The position numbers were made by a program, and so were the translations under genes. From Spirochaetia bacterium (GTDB lineage: Bacteria > Spirochaetota > Spirochaetia > SZUA-6 > Fen-1364), in contig JBEKUJ010000017.1 in assembly GCA_049515135.1 (NCBI GenBank), positions 7,332 through 71,331 on the forward strand: a stretch of 64,000 nt of DNA, in the 5' to 3' direction. Position 1 is the stretch's first letter, and each line of letters opens with the position of its first letter. Under the pieces are notes generated by a model that was not told where the DNA came from, searched no databases, and saw only the letters and a list, made by a program, of their open reading frames with translations. Positions 36,140 to 45,467 of this stretch are shown here, one piece after another.

Positions 36140-37534
36140 ATGACGCCGCAACCCCCCGTCCTTCAAGGCTGGCTCACAGCGGGAAGAATGAGGATCACGG
36201 TGCAGGCAGCCTACGCTTCACGCTACTCCGTCTGGGTGGAAGGCAATGGTGAGCAGCTCGGCCCTGAGATAGAGAACCTCGAAATCTCCCTCAACGACAA
36301 GCTCATCCAGATCGGGGCCTGCCGCGTGCTCCCGGGGAAGAACGGGGAGCACGCACGGCGGCTTGTCGCCGTGGGAAAGACCCATGATTTCGAGAAGCTT
36401 TTCTTCCATTCAAAAGTGGAAACCCTGGAATCTGCCGGGGTCAACCTGGCGCTCATCTTCGGCTACAAGAACAGCATCGATCCTGCCTTCCGCAACTTCG
36501 TCTCAGACCTGACCTACGACCTGAACGTCTATCTCAACGTCCTGGACCAGATGGACGCAGACTGCGCGAACGAGCCTCCCGATGTGCGGGAGGTCATCCA
36601 GCAGAGCATCATCAGCAGCGTGGGAAGGGAACTGCGAGACTACATGGAGAAGCAGAACGCGCAGCTGGACCGCGTGGTCAGCGGCTTCAGCGAGAAAGAG
36701 CATGAGCATCACGGGTTCTATTTCCGGCGGCAGCTCTGGAATATCCTGCTTCGCGCCCCCATCATGGCGCGCACCAACCTCAAGCCGCGGGGATACAACG
36801 GGGACTCGGAGATGATGCGCATGATCTACCTGGACACCTACCAGGGAGACTCGACGTTCGGGAAGGTCATGCACAAGTTTTCGGTGGACCAGCAGGCCGC
36901 GCAGGCCGTGCGAAACAGGCGGCATGAAGTGGCCGGGATGCTCCACCGCTTCATTGAAAAGTCCCCCCTGCCCGAGTCGCAGAAGCTGCGGGTCCTCTCC
37001 GTGGCGTGCGGGCCGGCCTTCGAGGTGAGGGACATCCTGCGGACCCCGCAGGACTGCGCGCGGATGCACTTCTCCCTCTTCGACCAGGACCAGCAGGCCC
37101 TGCTGGAGGCGGCGGGGCTTGTGAGCGACATTGAGAGCGCCCTGCACACGGAGATTTCAGCGGATTTCATCCGTGAGTCGGTGCGGACAATGCTTGTCAC
37201 CCGGGCTCTCCAGGAGAGATGGGGGCAATTCCATTTCATCTATTCAATGGGGCTGTTCGACTACCTCACTGCCCCGGTTGCAACGGCCGTCCTCAGGAAG
37301 CTCTACCAGCTTCTGACCCCGGGCGGGGAGATGGCAATCGGCAACTTCTACGTCGTGAACCCCAGTCGTTTCTACATGGAGTACTGGCACGACTGGAAGA
37401 TCATATACCGCACGGAGGACGACTTCACCCGGCTGGTGGACAACCTGCCGGGCGCCGAGGTCTCCGTGGAATACGACGCGACACGGATCCAGATGATGCT
37501 TCACGTCAGGAAGGCGAGCAATGCCGAAGGCTGA
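36140..37534 (+). CDS. Two-domain protein: N-terminal about 280-aa domain of unknown function fused to a C-terminal class I SAM-dependent methyltransferase
   Basis: C-terminal motif I LRVLSVACGPAFE, post-I acidic region, and IYSMGLFDYL...LTPGGEMAIGNF. The N-terminal part (RMRITVQAAYASRYSVWVEG..EISLNDKLIQIG) is unassigned and possibly PilZ-like. Confidence 0.6.
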   Translation: MTPQPPVLQGWLTAGRMRITVQAAYASRYSVWVEGNGEQLGPEIENLEISLNDKLIQIGACRVLPGKNGEHARRLVAVGKTHDFEKLFFHSKVETLESAGVNLALIFGYKNSIDPAFRNFVSDLTYDLNVYLNVLDQMDADCANEPPDVREVIQQSIISSVGRELRDYMEKQNAQLDRVVSGFSEKEHEHHGFYFRRQLWNILLRAPIMARTNLKPRGYNGDSEMMRMIYLDTYQGDSTFGKVMHKFSVDQQAAQAVRNRRHEVAGMLHRFIEKSPLPESQKLRVLSVACGPAFEVRDILRTPQDCARMHFSLFDQDQQALLEAAGLVSDIESALHTEISADFIRESVRTMLVTRALQERWGQFHFIYSMGLFDYLTAPVATAVLRKLYQLLTPGGEMAIGNFYVVNPSRFYMEYWHDWKIIYRTEDDFTRLVDNLPGAEVSVEYDATRIQMMLHVRKASNAEG

Positions 37535-38960
37535 GCGCACAGGCCCGTCCACCTCCTCGGGACGCAGACGGGACCAGATGGACGCATGGACCTCCCGGGC
37601 CATTGATGCGAACGACTTCGCCGAATATCGCAACGGGATCATGCACGACTGGCTGCGCACGCTCACGCCCCTGGCGGTGGTCCTGGTTCCCATTTTCTTC
37701 ATCCTCGATTACTTCATGATGCCCTCCGGCCTGCTCCCCCGCTTCGCCGTCTACAGGCTCATCTCCACCGCGCTGGCCCTGGCGCAGTTCCTGATTGTGC
37801 GAAACACGCCGCCCAGCCGATGGTCCTACCTGCATGGCTATTTCATTTCCCTGCAGGTCGGTGGGATCATCGCCCTCATGACGGTGGACCTCGGAGGGTT
37901 CAACTCCACCTATTACGCGGGGCTGATCCTGGTGATCATCGGCGTCAATCTCCTGATGCCCTGGCGCGCAACGCACACTGCCGTCAACGCCATCGCCATC
38001 ATGGCCGCGTACATAGCCTTCAACATGATCGCCGGCAAGCCCTTCGACCAGGCAAAGCTGACGAACAACCTCTTCTTCCTGGCATCCACTGCGGTCCTGG
38101 CCGTGAGCATCAACCACGTCCGCTACAACCTGATCGAGAAGGAGTTCTCCCTCCTTGTGAAGCTGAAAAAGGCCCGTGACGCGCTCTGGGGGGAGATGGA
38201 GCTTGCCAAGAGGATCCAGACCGCACTCCTCCCGCAAAGGAAAGGCGGCATTCGGGGCTTCGAGAGCGCCGTCACCTTGCTGCCGGCAAAGGAAGTGGGA
38301 GGAGACTACTACGACATCATAGAGACGGATTCCGGGGACAGGTGGGTGGCAATCGGGGATGTGGCCGGCCATGGCGTGGATTCCGGCCTGATCATGATGA
38401 TGGCGCAGGCAAGCGTCATGACTGTCATCAAGGGCAACCCGGCCGCCAAGCCACTCGACGTGCTGTCCACCACCAACAGCGTCATCAAGGAGGATATCGG
38501 CCGGCTGGGCTCCAACCACTACATGACCATGATGGTGGTCAAGCTGGAAGACAGCTGCATGATGGTTGCAGGTCACCATCAGGACGTGCTGGTGTACAGA
38601 TCTTCCCTGGGCTCGGTGACGGCCATTCCCACGAAGGGGACCTGGCTTGGCATCACGGACCAGATCGAGTCATTCATGGAAGTCAAGACCATCGATATCG
38701 ATGACAATGACGTTGCGCTCTTTTTCACGGACGGAGTCACCGAAGGCACCAACAGCTCCGGGGAGATGTACGGCCAGGAGCGCCTGCAGCGGGTGTTCGC
38801 GCAAAGCGCCGACCTTCCGGTGGAAAAGACGCTGGAGCGGATCCTCGATGACGTGCGGGCCTTCCAGGCCGACCAGGAGGACGACATGACCCTGATCCTG
38901 CTGAAAAAGATACCGCAGGAGACCGGCAAGAAGACGGCGCATGAGGGAGGCGGCGCATGA
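37521..38960 (+). CDS. Membrane-anchored (multi-TM) PP2C/SpoIIE-type Ser/Thr phosphatase (SiaA/RsbU-like)
   Basis: At least six hydrophobic helices, then SpoIIE/PP2C motifs (LPAKEVGGDYYDI, AIGDVAGHGVDSGLIM, FFTDGVTE). RBS AGGAAGG before ATG 37521. Overlaps the previous gene by 14 nt. Confidence 0.75.
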   Translation: MPKAERTGPSTSSGRRRDQMDAWTSRAIDANDFAEYRNGIMHDWLRTLTPLAVVLVPIFFILDYFMMPSGLLPRFAVYRLISTALALAQFLIVRNTPPSRWSYLHGYFISLQVGGIIALMTVDLGGFNSTYYAGLILVIIGVNLLMPWRATHTAVNAIAIMAAYIAFNMIAGKPFDQAKLTNNLFFLASTAVLAVSINHVRYNLIEKEFSLLVKLKKARDALWGEMELAKRIQTALLPQRKGGIRGFESAVTLLPAKEVGGDYYDIIETDSGDRWVAIGDVAGHGVDSGLIMMMAQASVMTVIKGNPAAKPLDVLSTTNSVIKEDIGRLGSNHYMTMMVVKLEDSCMMVAGHHQDVLVYRSSLGSVTAIPTKGTWLGITDQIESFMEVKTIDIDDNDVALFFTDGVTEGTNSSGEMYGQERLQRVFAQSADLPVEKTLERILDDVRAFQADQEDDMTLILLKKIPQETGKKTAHEGGGA

Positions 38961-39337
38961 GACCCATGAGGGAGGAACGCACGCATCTCATCTATCGGCT
39001 GCGCGTGTTCGACGCGAAGAGCGGCAAGCTGCTGGGGCACATGACGGACATTACTCCAGAAGGCATGATGCTCATCGGTGAAAAGGCCGTGAAGCCGAAG
39101 AAGGAGTTCTCCCTCCGCATGGACCTCCCCCGCAACGTTATGGAGGACAGACACCTGACCTTCGCTGCCGTGAGCAAGTGGTGCCGCAAGGACGCAAGCG
39201 GAGACTACTACAGCATGGGCTTCCAGATTCAGTCCATAAGCCCTGAGGGCCTGGCCGTGGTCCGCACTCTCATCCGCGACTTCTTCCGGGAGGAGCTGGA
39301 GGGAGACTCCGTCACTGACCTGAACCCGGTGCTGTGA
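38957..39337 (+). CDS. PilZ-domain protein (putative c-di-GMP receptor)
   Basis: 126 aa. N-terminal R-rich REERTHLIYRLRV and D.(S/T)..G element DITPEGMML. ATGA overlap with the phosphatase stop. Confidence 0.5.
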   Translation: MRPMREERTHLIYRLRVFDAKSGKLLGHMTDITPEGMMLIGEKAVKPKKEFSLRMDLPRNVMEDRHLTFAAVSKWCRKDASGDYYSMGFQIQSISPEGLAVVRTLIRDFFREELEGDSVTDLNPVL

Positions 39338-39380
39338 GATCGCGGTCCGATCTGCCGGCCCGCTTCCGCTCTACGCCTGC

Positions 39381-40334
39381 TCACTCCCTGGGATAGCGGT
39401 ACTCGTTCCCGTCCGGGCCGAGCAGGACATACGCGTCCTGTTCAGTGCGCACAAGGGACGACTCCACCGGGGCTTTTCCGCCTCCCCCGGGAAGATCGAC
39501 AGCATACGTGGGGATGGCGATGCCCGAAAGTCGGGACCGGAGCTCTTTCATCAGTGCGATGCCTTTCTCCAGGGGAACTCGAAAATGCGCCGTGCCTGAG
39601 GCAAGGTCGCCCTGAAAAAGGTAGTACGGCTTGACTCCCGCCCTCACCAGACCGCGAAAGAGCGCCTCCAGGGTGACAGCGTCGTCATTGACGCTGCGCA
39701 GGAGCACGGCCTGGTTCAACACCGGCACCCCCGCCGTGATGAGCCTGCGAACGGCCTGACGGAACTCATCCGTGAGCTCCCGCGGATGGTTGGCATGGAT
39801 CACGGCCCACACGACGCCCGGTTTTCCCAGCATGCCGGCAAGGTCAGCGGTGATTCGCGCAGGATGGACCACGGGGATCCGCGTGCACACGCGGAGAATG
39901 TACGAGGGATCGACCTGCAGGAGGCGGTGGATGATGCGCTCCAGGTCCTGGTCTGACAGCATCAGCGGGTCCCCGCCCGAAAGCAGGACCTCGTGCACCG
40001 ATGGATTGCGAGCCAGGTAGCCGCAGGCAGCTTCGAGCTGCTCAGGGGTGATCTGGCCGCCGCCGTGGCCCGTGAAGTGCCTGCGGAAGCAGTGCCGGCA
40101 GTACGTAGCGCACCGGTCGCTCACCAGGAGCAGGGCCCGGTCCGCGTAATGATGGATGAGCCTGTCGGTGACCAGATAGCGGGAATCTCCGATGGGATCC
40201 GGGGACTCATAAGGGAGGGTTGTCTGCTCCGCGTCGCGGGGAACGTACTGGGCGGCAATGGGGTCCTTGTCGGGATCCTTCGAACGGGCAAGTCCTGCAT
40301 AGTAGCGGCTGACGCCGAAGGGAAGGCGGGTCAC
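39381..40334 (-). CDS. KamA-family radical SAM protein (lysine 2,3-aminomutase / EpmB-like)
   Basis: CATYCRHCFRRHF (C...C..C) and KamA-family flanking motifs. 317 aa, i.e. the short EpmB-like length. Confidence 0.75.
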   Translation of the reverse strand: MTRLPFGVSRYYAGLARSKDPDKDPIAAQYVPRDAEQTTLPYESPDPIGDSRYLVTDRLIHHYADRALLLVSDRCATYCRHCFRRHFTGHGGGQITPEQLEAACGYLARNPSVHEVLLSGGDPLMLSDQDLERIIHRLLQVDPSYILRVCTRIPVVHPARITADLAGMLGKPGVVWAVIHANHPRELTDEFRQAVRRLITAGVPVLNQAVLLRSVNDDAVTLEALFRGLVRAGVKPYYLFQGDLASGTAHFRVPLEKGIALMKELRSRLSGIAIPTYAVDLPGGGGKAPVESSLVRTEQDAYVLLGPDGNEYRYPRE

Positions 40335-40358
40335 GGGCTCAGGATAGGAAATATCGAC

Positions 40359-40832
40359 CTACAGTTCAATCTTCCTGGTCAGGTATTCCGTGTAATCCCG
40401 TCTGATGGGCTCATACGGCGCTTCCATGAGCTGGGACGAGATGAGGAAGTCCGCGGTGGAGCGGTTGCAGGCGGCCGGAATGTTGTACAGCACCGAAATG
40501 CGAAGCAGCGCCTTCACATCGACGTCATGGGGCTGCGGCTCCATGGGGTCCCAGAAAAAGATCAGCACATCGATCTTTCCGTCCACGATCATTGCGCCCA
40601 GCTGCTGGTCCCCCCCGAACGGCCCGGACTTCAGCTTGATAATGGTGGGCCCCTGCTCCGAGGTGCCGCGCGTGCGGCTGGAGAGCGTTTCCTCCACCAG
40701 CCTCCCGGTGGTCCCCGTGCAGATCAGCTGGTGGCCGAGGAGCAGCTTCCAGTTCCAGTTCACCCATTCGACGAGGTCTTTCTTGCAGTTGTCGTGCGCG
40801 ACAAGCGCAATGTTTTTGCTTGTCTCCATCAC
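40359..40832 (-). CDS. mgsA: Methylglyoxal synthase
   Basis: IALVAHDNCKKDL, ICTGTTG, GPFGGDQQLGAMI, LIFFWDPMEPQPHDVDVKALLR are classic MgsA motifs. Confidence 0.85.
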   Translation of the reverse strand: MMETSKNIALVAHDNCKKDLVEWVNWNWKLLLGHQLICTGTTGRLVEETLSSRTRGTSEQGPTIIKLKSGPFGGDQQLGAMIVDGKIDVLIFFWDPMEPQPHDVDVKALLRISVLYNIPAACNRSTADFLISSQLMEAPYEPIRRDYTEYLTRKIEL

Positions 40833-41236
40833 CGCAGCCCATGCTCATTGAAGCATGCCTGGTAGCGCTTGTCGGTCCCCATGATGTGGTTCTGCAGCCA
40901 CCCCCTGAGGAAGTTCAGGATCTCAATGGTGAGAATGAAGCTGGCCCGGTCCGCTCTTGCCTGCAGCTCGAGGGCCTTTGCGGTGAACTTCTGGTGCTCC
41001 AGCCTGTGGGCCTCGTAGCCCTTGTAGCTGAATGCCTGCATGTAGCGCTCGTCTGTGGCAAAGTGGGTCGCCGCGTAGCCCACCATTGCGTCTATCGTTG
41101 CCTTCTGCGCCTCCCTCCCCTTGCGCGCAAGCATGGCTTCGTTCAGGGAGTTGATCATTTCAATGAGCTTGCGATGCTCGTCATCGATTTTACGCACGTT
41201 CACGCTCAGCTCTGTGGACCATTCGAAATATGCCAT
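40829..41236 (-). CDS. Hemerythrin-like metal-binding (bacteriohemerythrin) protein
   Basis: 135 aa. N-terminal FEWSTELSVNVRKIDDEHRKLIEMIN and His/Glu ligand pattern (HF..DE, H..EH, H). Confidence 0.75.
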   Translation of the reverse strand: MAYFEWSTELSVNVRKIDDEHRKLIEMINSLNEAMLARKGREAQKATIDAMVGYAATHFATDERYMQAFSYKGYEAHRLEHQKFTAKALELQARADRASFILTIEILNFLRGWLQNHIMGTDKRYQACFNEHGLR

Positions 41237-41263
41237 GGACTGTTTCCCTCCGCCCCTGGTATA

Positions 41264-44251
41264 TCACGCGGTCCGATTTAGCGCGAGGCTCCACGCGGTA
41301 AATTTCCTATTGAGATTTTTCAAGGTCAGCCCTGTCGTGTCCTCAAGGAGCCAGTGAGCGTCTTGAAGGCCGGCGCCGATCCCCACGGCGAACATGCGCG
41401 CATCGATGATCGCCTGAATCCCTGCCTGGGAGTCCTCGATGCCCGAGCAGTTTTCGAAAGGCACACCCAGACTCTCCGCGGCTCGGAAGAAGATCTCTGG
41501 ATCGGGCTTTCCCTTGACCACGGCCGCAGGGTCCACGACGTGGTCCACCACTCCTTCGATGCCCAGCCGGCGCACCACCTCCCACACGTTGTGGCTGACC
41601 GATGCGACGGCCATCTTGATGCCTGCTTCCTTGAGACGGGCAAAAAGGTCCCCCATCCCCGGCAGCAGGTCTCCCGGCGTGACCCCGCCGATGAGCTCCC
41701 GGTAATATCCGTTTTTTCTTTCGGCAAGCCTCAGCTTCTCCGCGGGCGGGAAGCTGGCCCCCGACTCTGTCAGGATGATCTCCAGGCTCTCGTTCCTGCT
41801 CACGCCCTTCAGCCGCTCGTTGACCTTCCTGTCGAAGCTGATCCCCAGCTCGTTGCAGAGGCGCTTCCAGGCGCGGAAGTGCAGCTCTGCCGTGGAAGCG
41901 AGGACCCCGTCCAGGTCGAAGATGACGCATTCGAGGGCGGGAGCAAGGGTGCATGAGACCGCGGACCCCCGCGACACCACGATCTCCCTGCCTCGATGGA
42001 CAACCGCCAGCGGATCGCCATCCAGCACGTCGTAGGCCGCTTTCTCATGAGTGATGGTTATCGCAAGGGACCTCCCTTTGTACTGGAGCCTGAAAGCAAG
42101 GCTTTTCCAGCGCGAAGGGAGCCGCGGGGAGAAGGAGAGCGCGCCAACCCTGTCGCGCATGCCTGCAAAGCCATAGAGGAGCGATATCCAGGTCCCCGCC
42201 ATGGCCGCCATGTGCACGCCGTCTGCGACGTTTCCGTTCACGTCGTCCAGGTCCATGCGCGCCGTGCGCGAGAAATATCGGTATGCCTCTTCGGTATAGC
42301 CCAGCTCCGCCGCGGCCACACTCTGGATGCACGGGGACAGCGACGAGTCCCCCGTTGTCAGCCTGTTGTAGTAGTCGAAGTTGCGCTTCTTGTCCGCGGC
42401 GGAAAACTTCTCACCCAACAGGACCTGTGCCAGGACGACATCGGGCTGCTTCAGGACCTGGAAGCGGTAGATGACCAGCGGATGATAATGGAGCAGAAGG
42501 GGGTAGTTTTCCCGGGGAGTATTCTGCAAATCCCAGCGCGCGCGGGTGAGGAAAAGGTCGTCCTGCGCATGGATGCCTTTGTCGCGATTGTAGGGGATGC
42601 GCATCCGCCGCGCGGCTTCCTTCCAGCCCTGCACTTCCTCGGGAAGCAGGGAAAGGGTGGAAGCGATCCGGCGGTACTGTTCGGGTGAGCGTGCGGCCAG
42701 CTCGTCGGAGAGGTCTGCAGCGAACAGGAGGTGCTCCTGCGCCATGAGGTTCGTGTAGAGGTTGTTGTTCACAAGGGCGCTGTACTCGTCGGGGCCCGTC
42801 ACCTCGTTGATGCAGAAATCTCCGTTCATCTCCGGGATGAAATCCCCCAGGTCCGCCCACAGACGGGCGGTCTCGAAAACCATCTCGGCTCCCCCTTCCA
42901 GGAGGATGGCGCGATCACCCGTGGCGTCCACGTATTTCTTCAGGGCGTACACGATGTCGGCATTGATGTGGTACTGAGCGGTGCCGGCGGGATAATAGGG
43001 TGATGTCTCCTCGCCTCCTATGGTCCGCCACGGGTAGAGCGCGCCCCTCTGGCTCATCTCGGCGGCGCGGGTCCTTGCCTTGTCCAGGAGCCGTATCCTG
43101 TACTGCGCCAGTGAGCGGGCAATGTCAGGAGAGGTGTAGACAAAGAAGGGGAGCACGTAGATCTCGGTGTCCCAGAAGTAGTGCCCTTCGTAGCCCTCGC
43201 CGCTCAACCCCTTTGCCGCAACGCTTGTGCGGCCGTCCCGTCCGGCTGACTGGAGGAGGCTCCATATATTGAAGCGCAGCCCCTGCTGCAGGCTGTCGTC
43301 TCCTTCGATTCGCACGTCAGCCCGCTCCCAGAACGACTTGAGGTAGCCTGCCTGCTCCGCGCAGAGCGTCTCGAATCCGGCCCGCATGGCTTTGTCCACC
43401 GCGTCAGCCGCCCGGCCCTGAGCCTCGGAAGCAGGGCATTCCAGCGATGTGCAGTACCCGATGTACTTGACGAGGCGGACGGACTGTCCGCCGCGCCGCG
43501 CGGCATCGACGCGCAGGGTGGCGCTCTCGGCACCCATGTCCATACGCTCTTTGCCGCCCCCCGAAGCCAGGTCGTGATCGACTACGCAGGCAAGGGTGAG
43601 CTTCGTATTCCTGGTCTGCTGGACCAGCGCGGCGCGTCGCCCCGTGCCCTCCACGTGGATGGTCTGGAGCGGCCTCTCGTGAAAGTGAGCCCCCACCCGC
43701 GGGTCTGCGCCAGCCGCCTGGTTGGAAACGCCTCCGTCGACAGCCGACTCCAGCCGAGCGGCGCCCTCGAAACTGGCAATGACGTACTCGATTGCCGCGA
43801 CATGCCGGCGGGTGAGGGAGACGAGCCTGCGGACAGTGAGATCGATTCGGCGCCCTGCCGGGGATCTCCAGCTGAGGGTCCGAACCAGGACGCCCTCCCT
43901 CAGGTCCAGGCGGCGTTCATAGGACAGCAGCCAACCCGAGGAGAGATCCAGCGGCTCGTCGTCCACGAAGAGGCGGATGACCTTTGCGTCCGCAACGTTC
44001 AGCATGACCTGCCGGTTCCTGGCATACCCGTAGGCTGTCTCGCCGTACACGATGGGGGTCTCTTCGAAAAAACCGTTGATGTACGTTCCCGTGACCCCGA
44101 CGCACCGGCCCTCCTCCAGGTTCCCGCGCATGCCGAGATGGCCGTTGCCCAGCGCGAAGATCGTCTCATTGCGCGCCGCCAGGGAAGGATCGAATGAGGT
44201 CTCCCGTATCTTCCATGCGTCTGACGGATAAATCTCCTTCCGGACCGCCAT
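41264..44251 (-). CDS. Glycoside hydrolase family 65 disaccharide phosphorylase fused to a C-terminal beta-phosphoglucomutase (HAD) domain
   Basis: 995 aa. GH65 N-terminus (ETSFDPSLAARNETIFALGNGHLGMRGNLEEG). C-terminal beta-PGM (CVIFDLDGVLASTAELHFRAWKRL...LKGVSRNESL... VGIG). Confidence 0.8.
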   Translation of the reverse strand: MAVRKEIYPSDAWKIRETSFDPSLAARNETIFALGNGHLGMRGNLEEGRCVGVTGTYINGFFEETPIVYGETAYGYARNRQVMLNVADAKVIRLFVDDEPLDLSSGWLLSYERRLDLREGVLVRTLSWRSPAGRRIDLTVRRLVSLTRRHVAAIEYVIASFEGAARLESAVDGGVSNQAAGADPRVGAHFHERPLQTIHVEGTGRRAALVQQTRNTKLTLACVVDHDLASGGGKERMDMGAESATLRVDAARRGGQSVRLVKYIGYCTSLECPASEAQGRAADAVDKAMRAGFETLCAEQAGYLKSFWERADVRIEGDDSLQQGLRFNIWSLLQSAGRDGRTSVAAKGLSGEGYEGHYFWDTEIYVLPFFVYTSPDIARSLAQYRIRLLDKARTRAAEMSQRGALYPWRTIGGEETSPYYPAGTAQYHINADIVYALKKYVDATGDRAILLEGGAEMVFETARLWADLGDFIPEMNGDFCINEVTGPDEYSALVNNNLYTNLMAQEHLLFAADLSDELAARSPEQYRRIASTLSLLPEEVQGWKEAARRMRIPYNRDKGIHAQDDLFLTRARWDLQNTPRENYPLLLHYHPLVIYRFQVLKQPDVVLAQVLLGEKFSAADKKRNFDYYNRLTTGDSSLSPCIQSVAAAELGYTEEAYRYFSRTARMDLDDVNGNVADGVHMAAMAGTWISLLYGFAGMRDRVGALSFSPRLPSRWKSLAFRLQYKGRSLAITITHEKAAYDVLDGDPLAVVHRGREIVVSRGSAVSCTLAPALECVIFDLDGVLASTAELHFRAWKRLCNELGISFDRKVNERLKGVSRNESLEIILTESGASFPPAEKLRLAERKNGYYRELIGGVTPGDLLPGMGDLFARLKEAGIKMAVASVSHNVWEVVRRLGIEGVVDHVVDPAAVVKGKPDPEIFFRAAESLGVPFENCSGIEDSQAGIQAIIDARMFAVGIGAGLQDAHWLLEDTTGLTLKNLNRKFTAWSLALNRTA

Positions 44252-44263
44252 GAGCTTCTCCGT

Positions 44264-45283
44264 CTACAGGGGCCTGCAGCTGTCTCGCACCGCAAGCAGC
44301 ATGGGCAGCGGGGGGGCTGGCTCGAGGGCCGCATGGCCTCGAAGAACGCCGATGAGCAGCCGCGCCGCCTCTGCGCCCAGGCTCGGCGCGGGGTTCGTGA
44401 CGGTGGTGAGGGGAGGATTGACATACCGGGAGGGAAGGTCGTCATCGAAACCGACAATGGAGATGTCGGCCGGTATTCCAAGCCCTGCGTCCTTGATGGC
44501 CTGCATGGCCCCATAGGCAACGACGTCGTTGCCCGCGAACACCGCGGTGGGCCGTTTTTCCTCCGTGAGGATTTCCACCATGGCTTTGTACCCGCTCTCC
44601 TCAGTCAGATCTGCGCTGCGCACCCACCCTTTTCGCACGACGCATCCGGCGCTTTCCAGCGCGGCCCGGTAGCCTTCGAATCGGTCCCGCGCCGCATAGT
44701 ACGAGCTGGGAGCGTGAAGGATCATCGCGACGTCTCGATGGCCGAGGGACACCAGGTACTCCACCGCGCTACGCGCCGCTGACCGGTTGTCGATGTCGAT
44801 CTGCAGCACGTCGGGGTGGGAAATGGTGCCGATCACGACAAGAGGAAAGCGGGCCGTTATCAGCTCGGCAAGTCCCTTGTCGTCGTCATGCGTGTTCATG
44901 AGGATGATGCCGTCCACGCTGTCCTGCCGCGCGCGCGACATGTAGTCCTTCTCCTGGAGCTTCAAGGGCTGCAGGACGAGCTGGAACCGGTTCTTGTTCA
45001 GCACCGGAGTCATCCCTTCGATCACGCGTATGATATAGGCATCGGAGGAGATGTATCCCGCGTGAGGGATGAAAAAGCCGATGGAGTGATGCTTGATCAT
45101 GGCCACGTCACGGGCTTTTTCATTGGGAACAAAGCCCAGCTCTCGTGCCGCCTCCAGCACCTTCCGCCGGGTCCCGTCAGGGATGTTCTTCCCTGGAGTA
45201 TTGTTCAGCACGAATGAGACCGTTGTGCGTGATACGCCGGCCCTGTTTGCAACGTCTGCGGATGTCGCTTTTCGTTCCGCCAT
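44264..45283 (-). CDS. LacI-family transcriptional regulator
   Basis: ATG 45283 preceded by GGAGTGAGG. HTH TSADVANRAGVSRTTVSFVLNN. Periplasmic-binding-fold C-terminus. Confidence 0.8.
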   Translation of the reverse strand: MAERKATSADVANRAGVSRTTVSFVLNNTPGKNIPDGTRRKVLEAARELGFVPNEKARDVAMIKHHSIGFFIPHAGYISSDAYIIRVIEGMTPVLNKNRFQLVLQPLKLQEKDYMSRARQDSVDGIILMNTHDDDKGLAELITARFPLVVIGTISHPDVLQIDIDNRSAARSAVEYLVSLGHRDVAMILHAPSSYYAARDRFEGYRAALESAGCVVRKGWVRSADLTEESGYKAMVEILTEEKRPTAVFAGNDVVAYGAMQAIKDAGLGIPADISIVGFDDDLPSRYVNPPLTTVTNPAPSLGAEAARLLIGVLRGHAALEPAPPLPMLLAVRDSCRPL

Positions 45284-45378
45284 CGCTTTGACCTCACTCC
45301 TGCCGGGGGCCACGTATTTTCGGCGAGTTACTAACACAGAATAGCATGAGTCCGCGCAAGGTTCAAGGGCGTTTTCAC

Positions 45379-45392
45379 GTTGCTGATGCAAC
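45379..45392. promoter_or_regulatory. Inverted repeat GTTGC-tgat-GCAAC in the LacI/GH38 divergent region; candidate LacI-family operator
   Basis: Seen at 45379-45392, about 75 nt upstream of the GH38 start. Confidence 0.2.
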
Positions 45393-45467
45393 TACTCCAT
45401 GTTAAGATCGAAGCGGACCCATTTCGAGCAGGTTGATGCCCACACATCCGGGAGGGTCACTCTTTCC

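Noticed and set aside
37506-38579. 357-aa minus-strand ORF opposite the PP2C phosphatase gene
   Set aside because: Antisense to a gene with clear SpoIIE/PP2C motifs. His/Gly/Asp-rich low-complexity translation.
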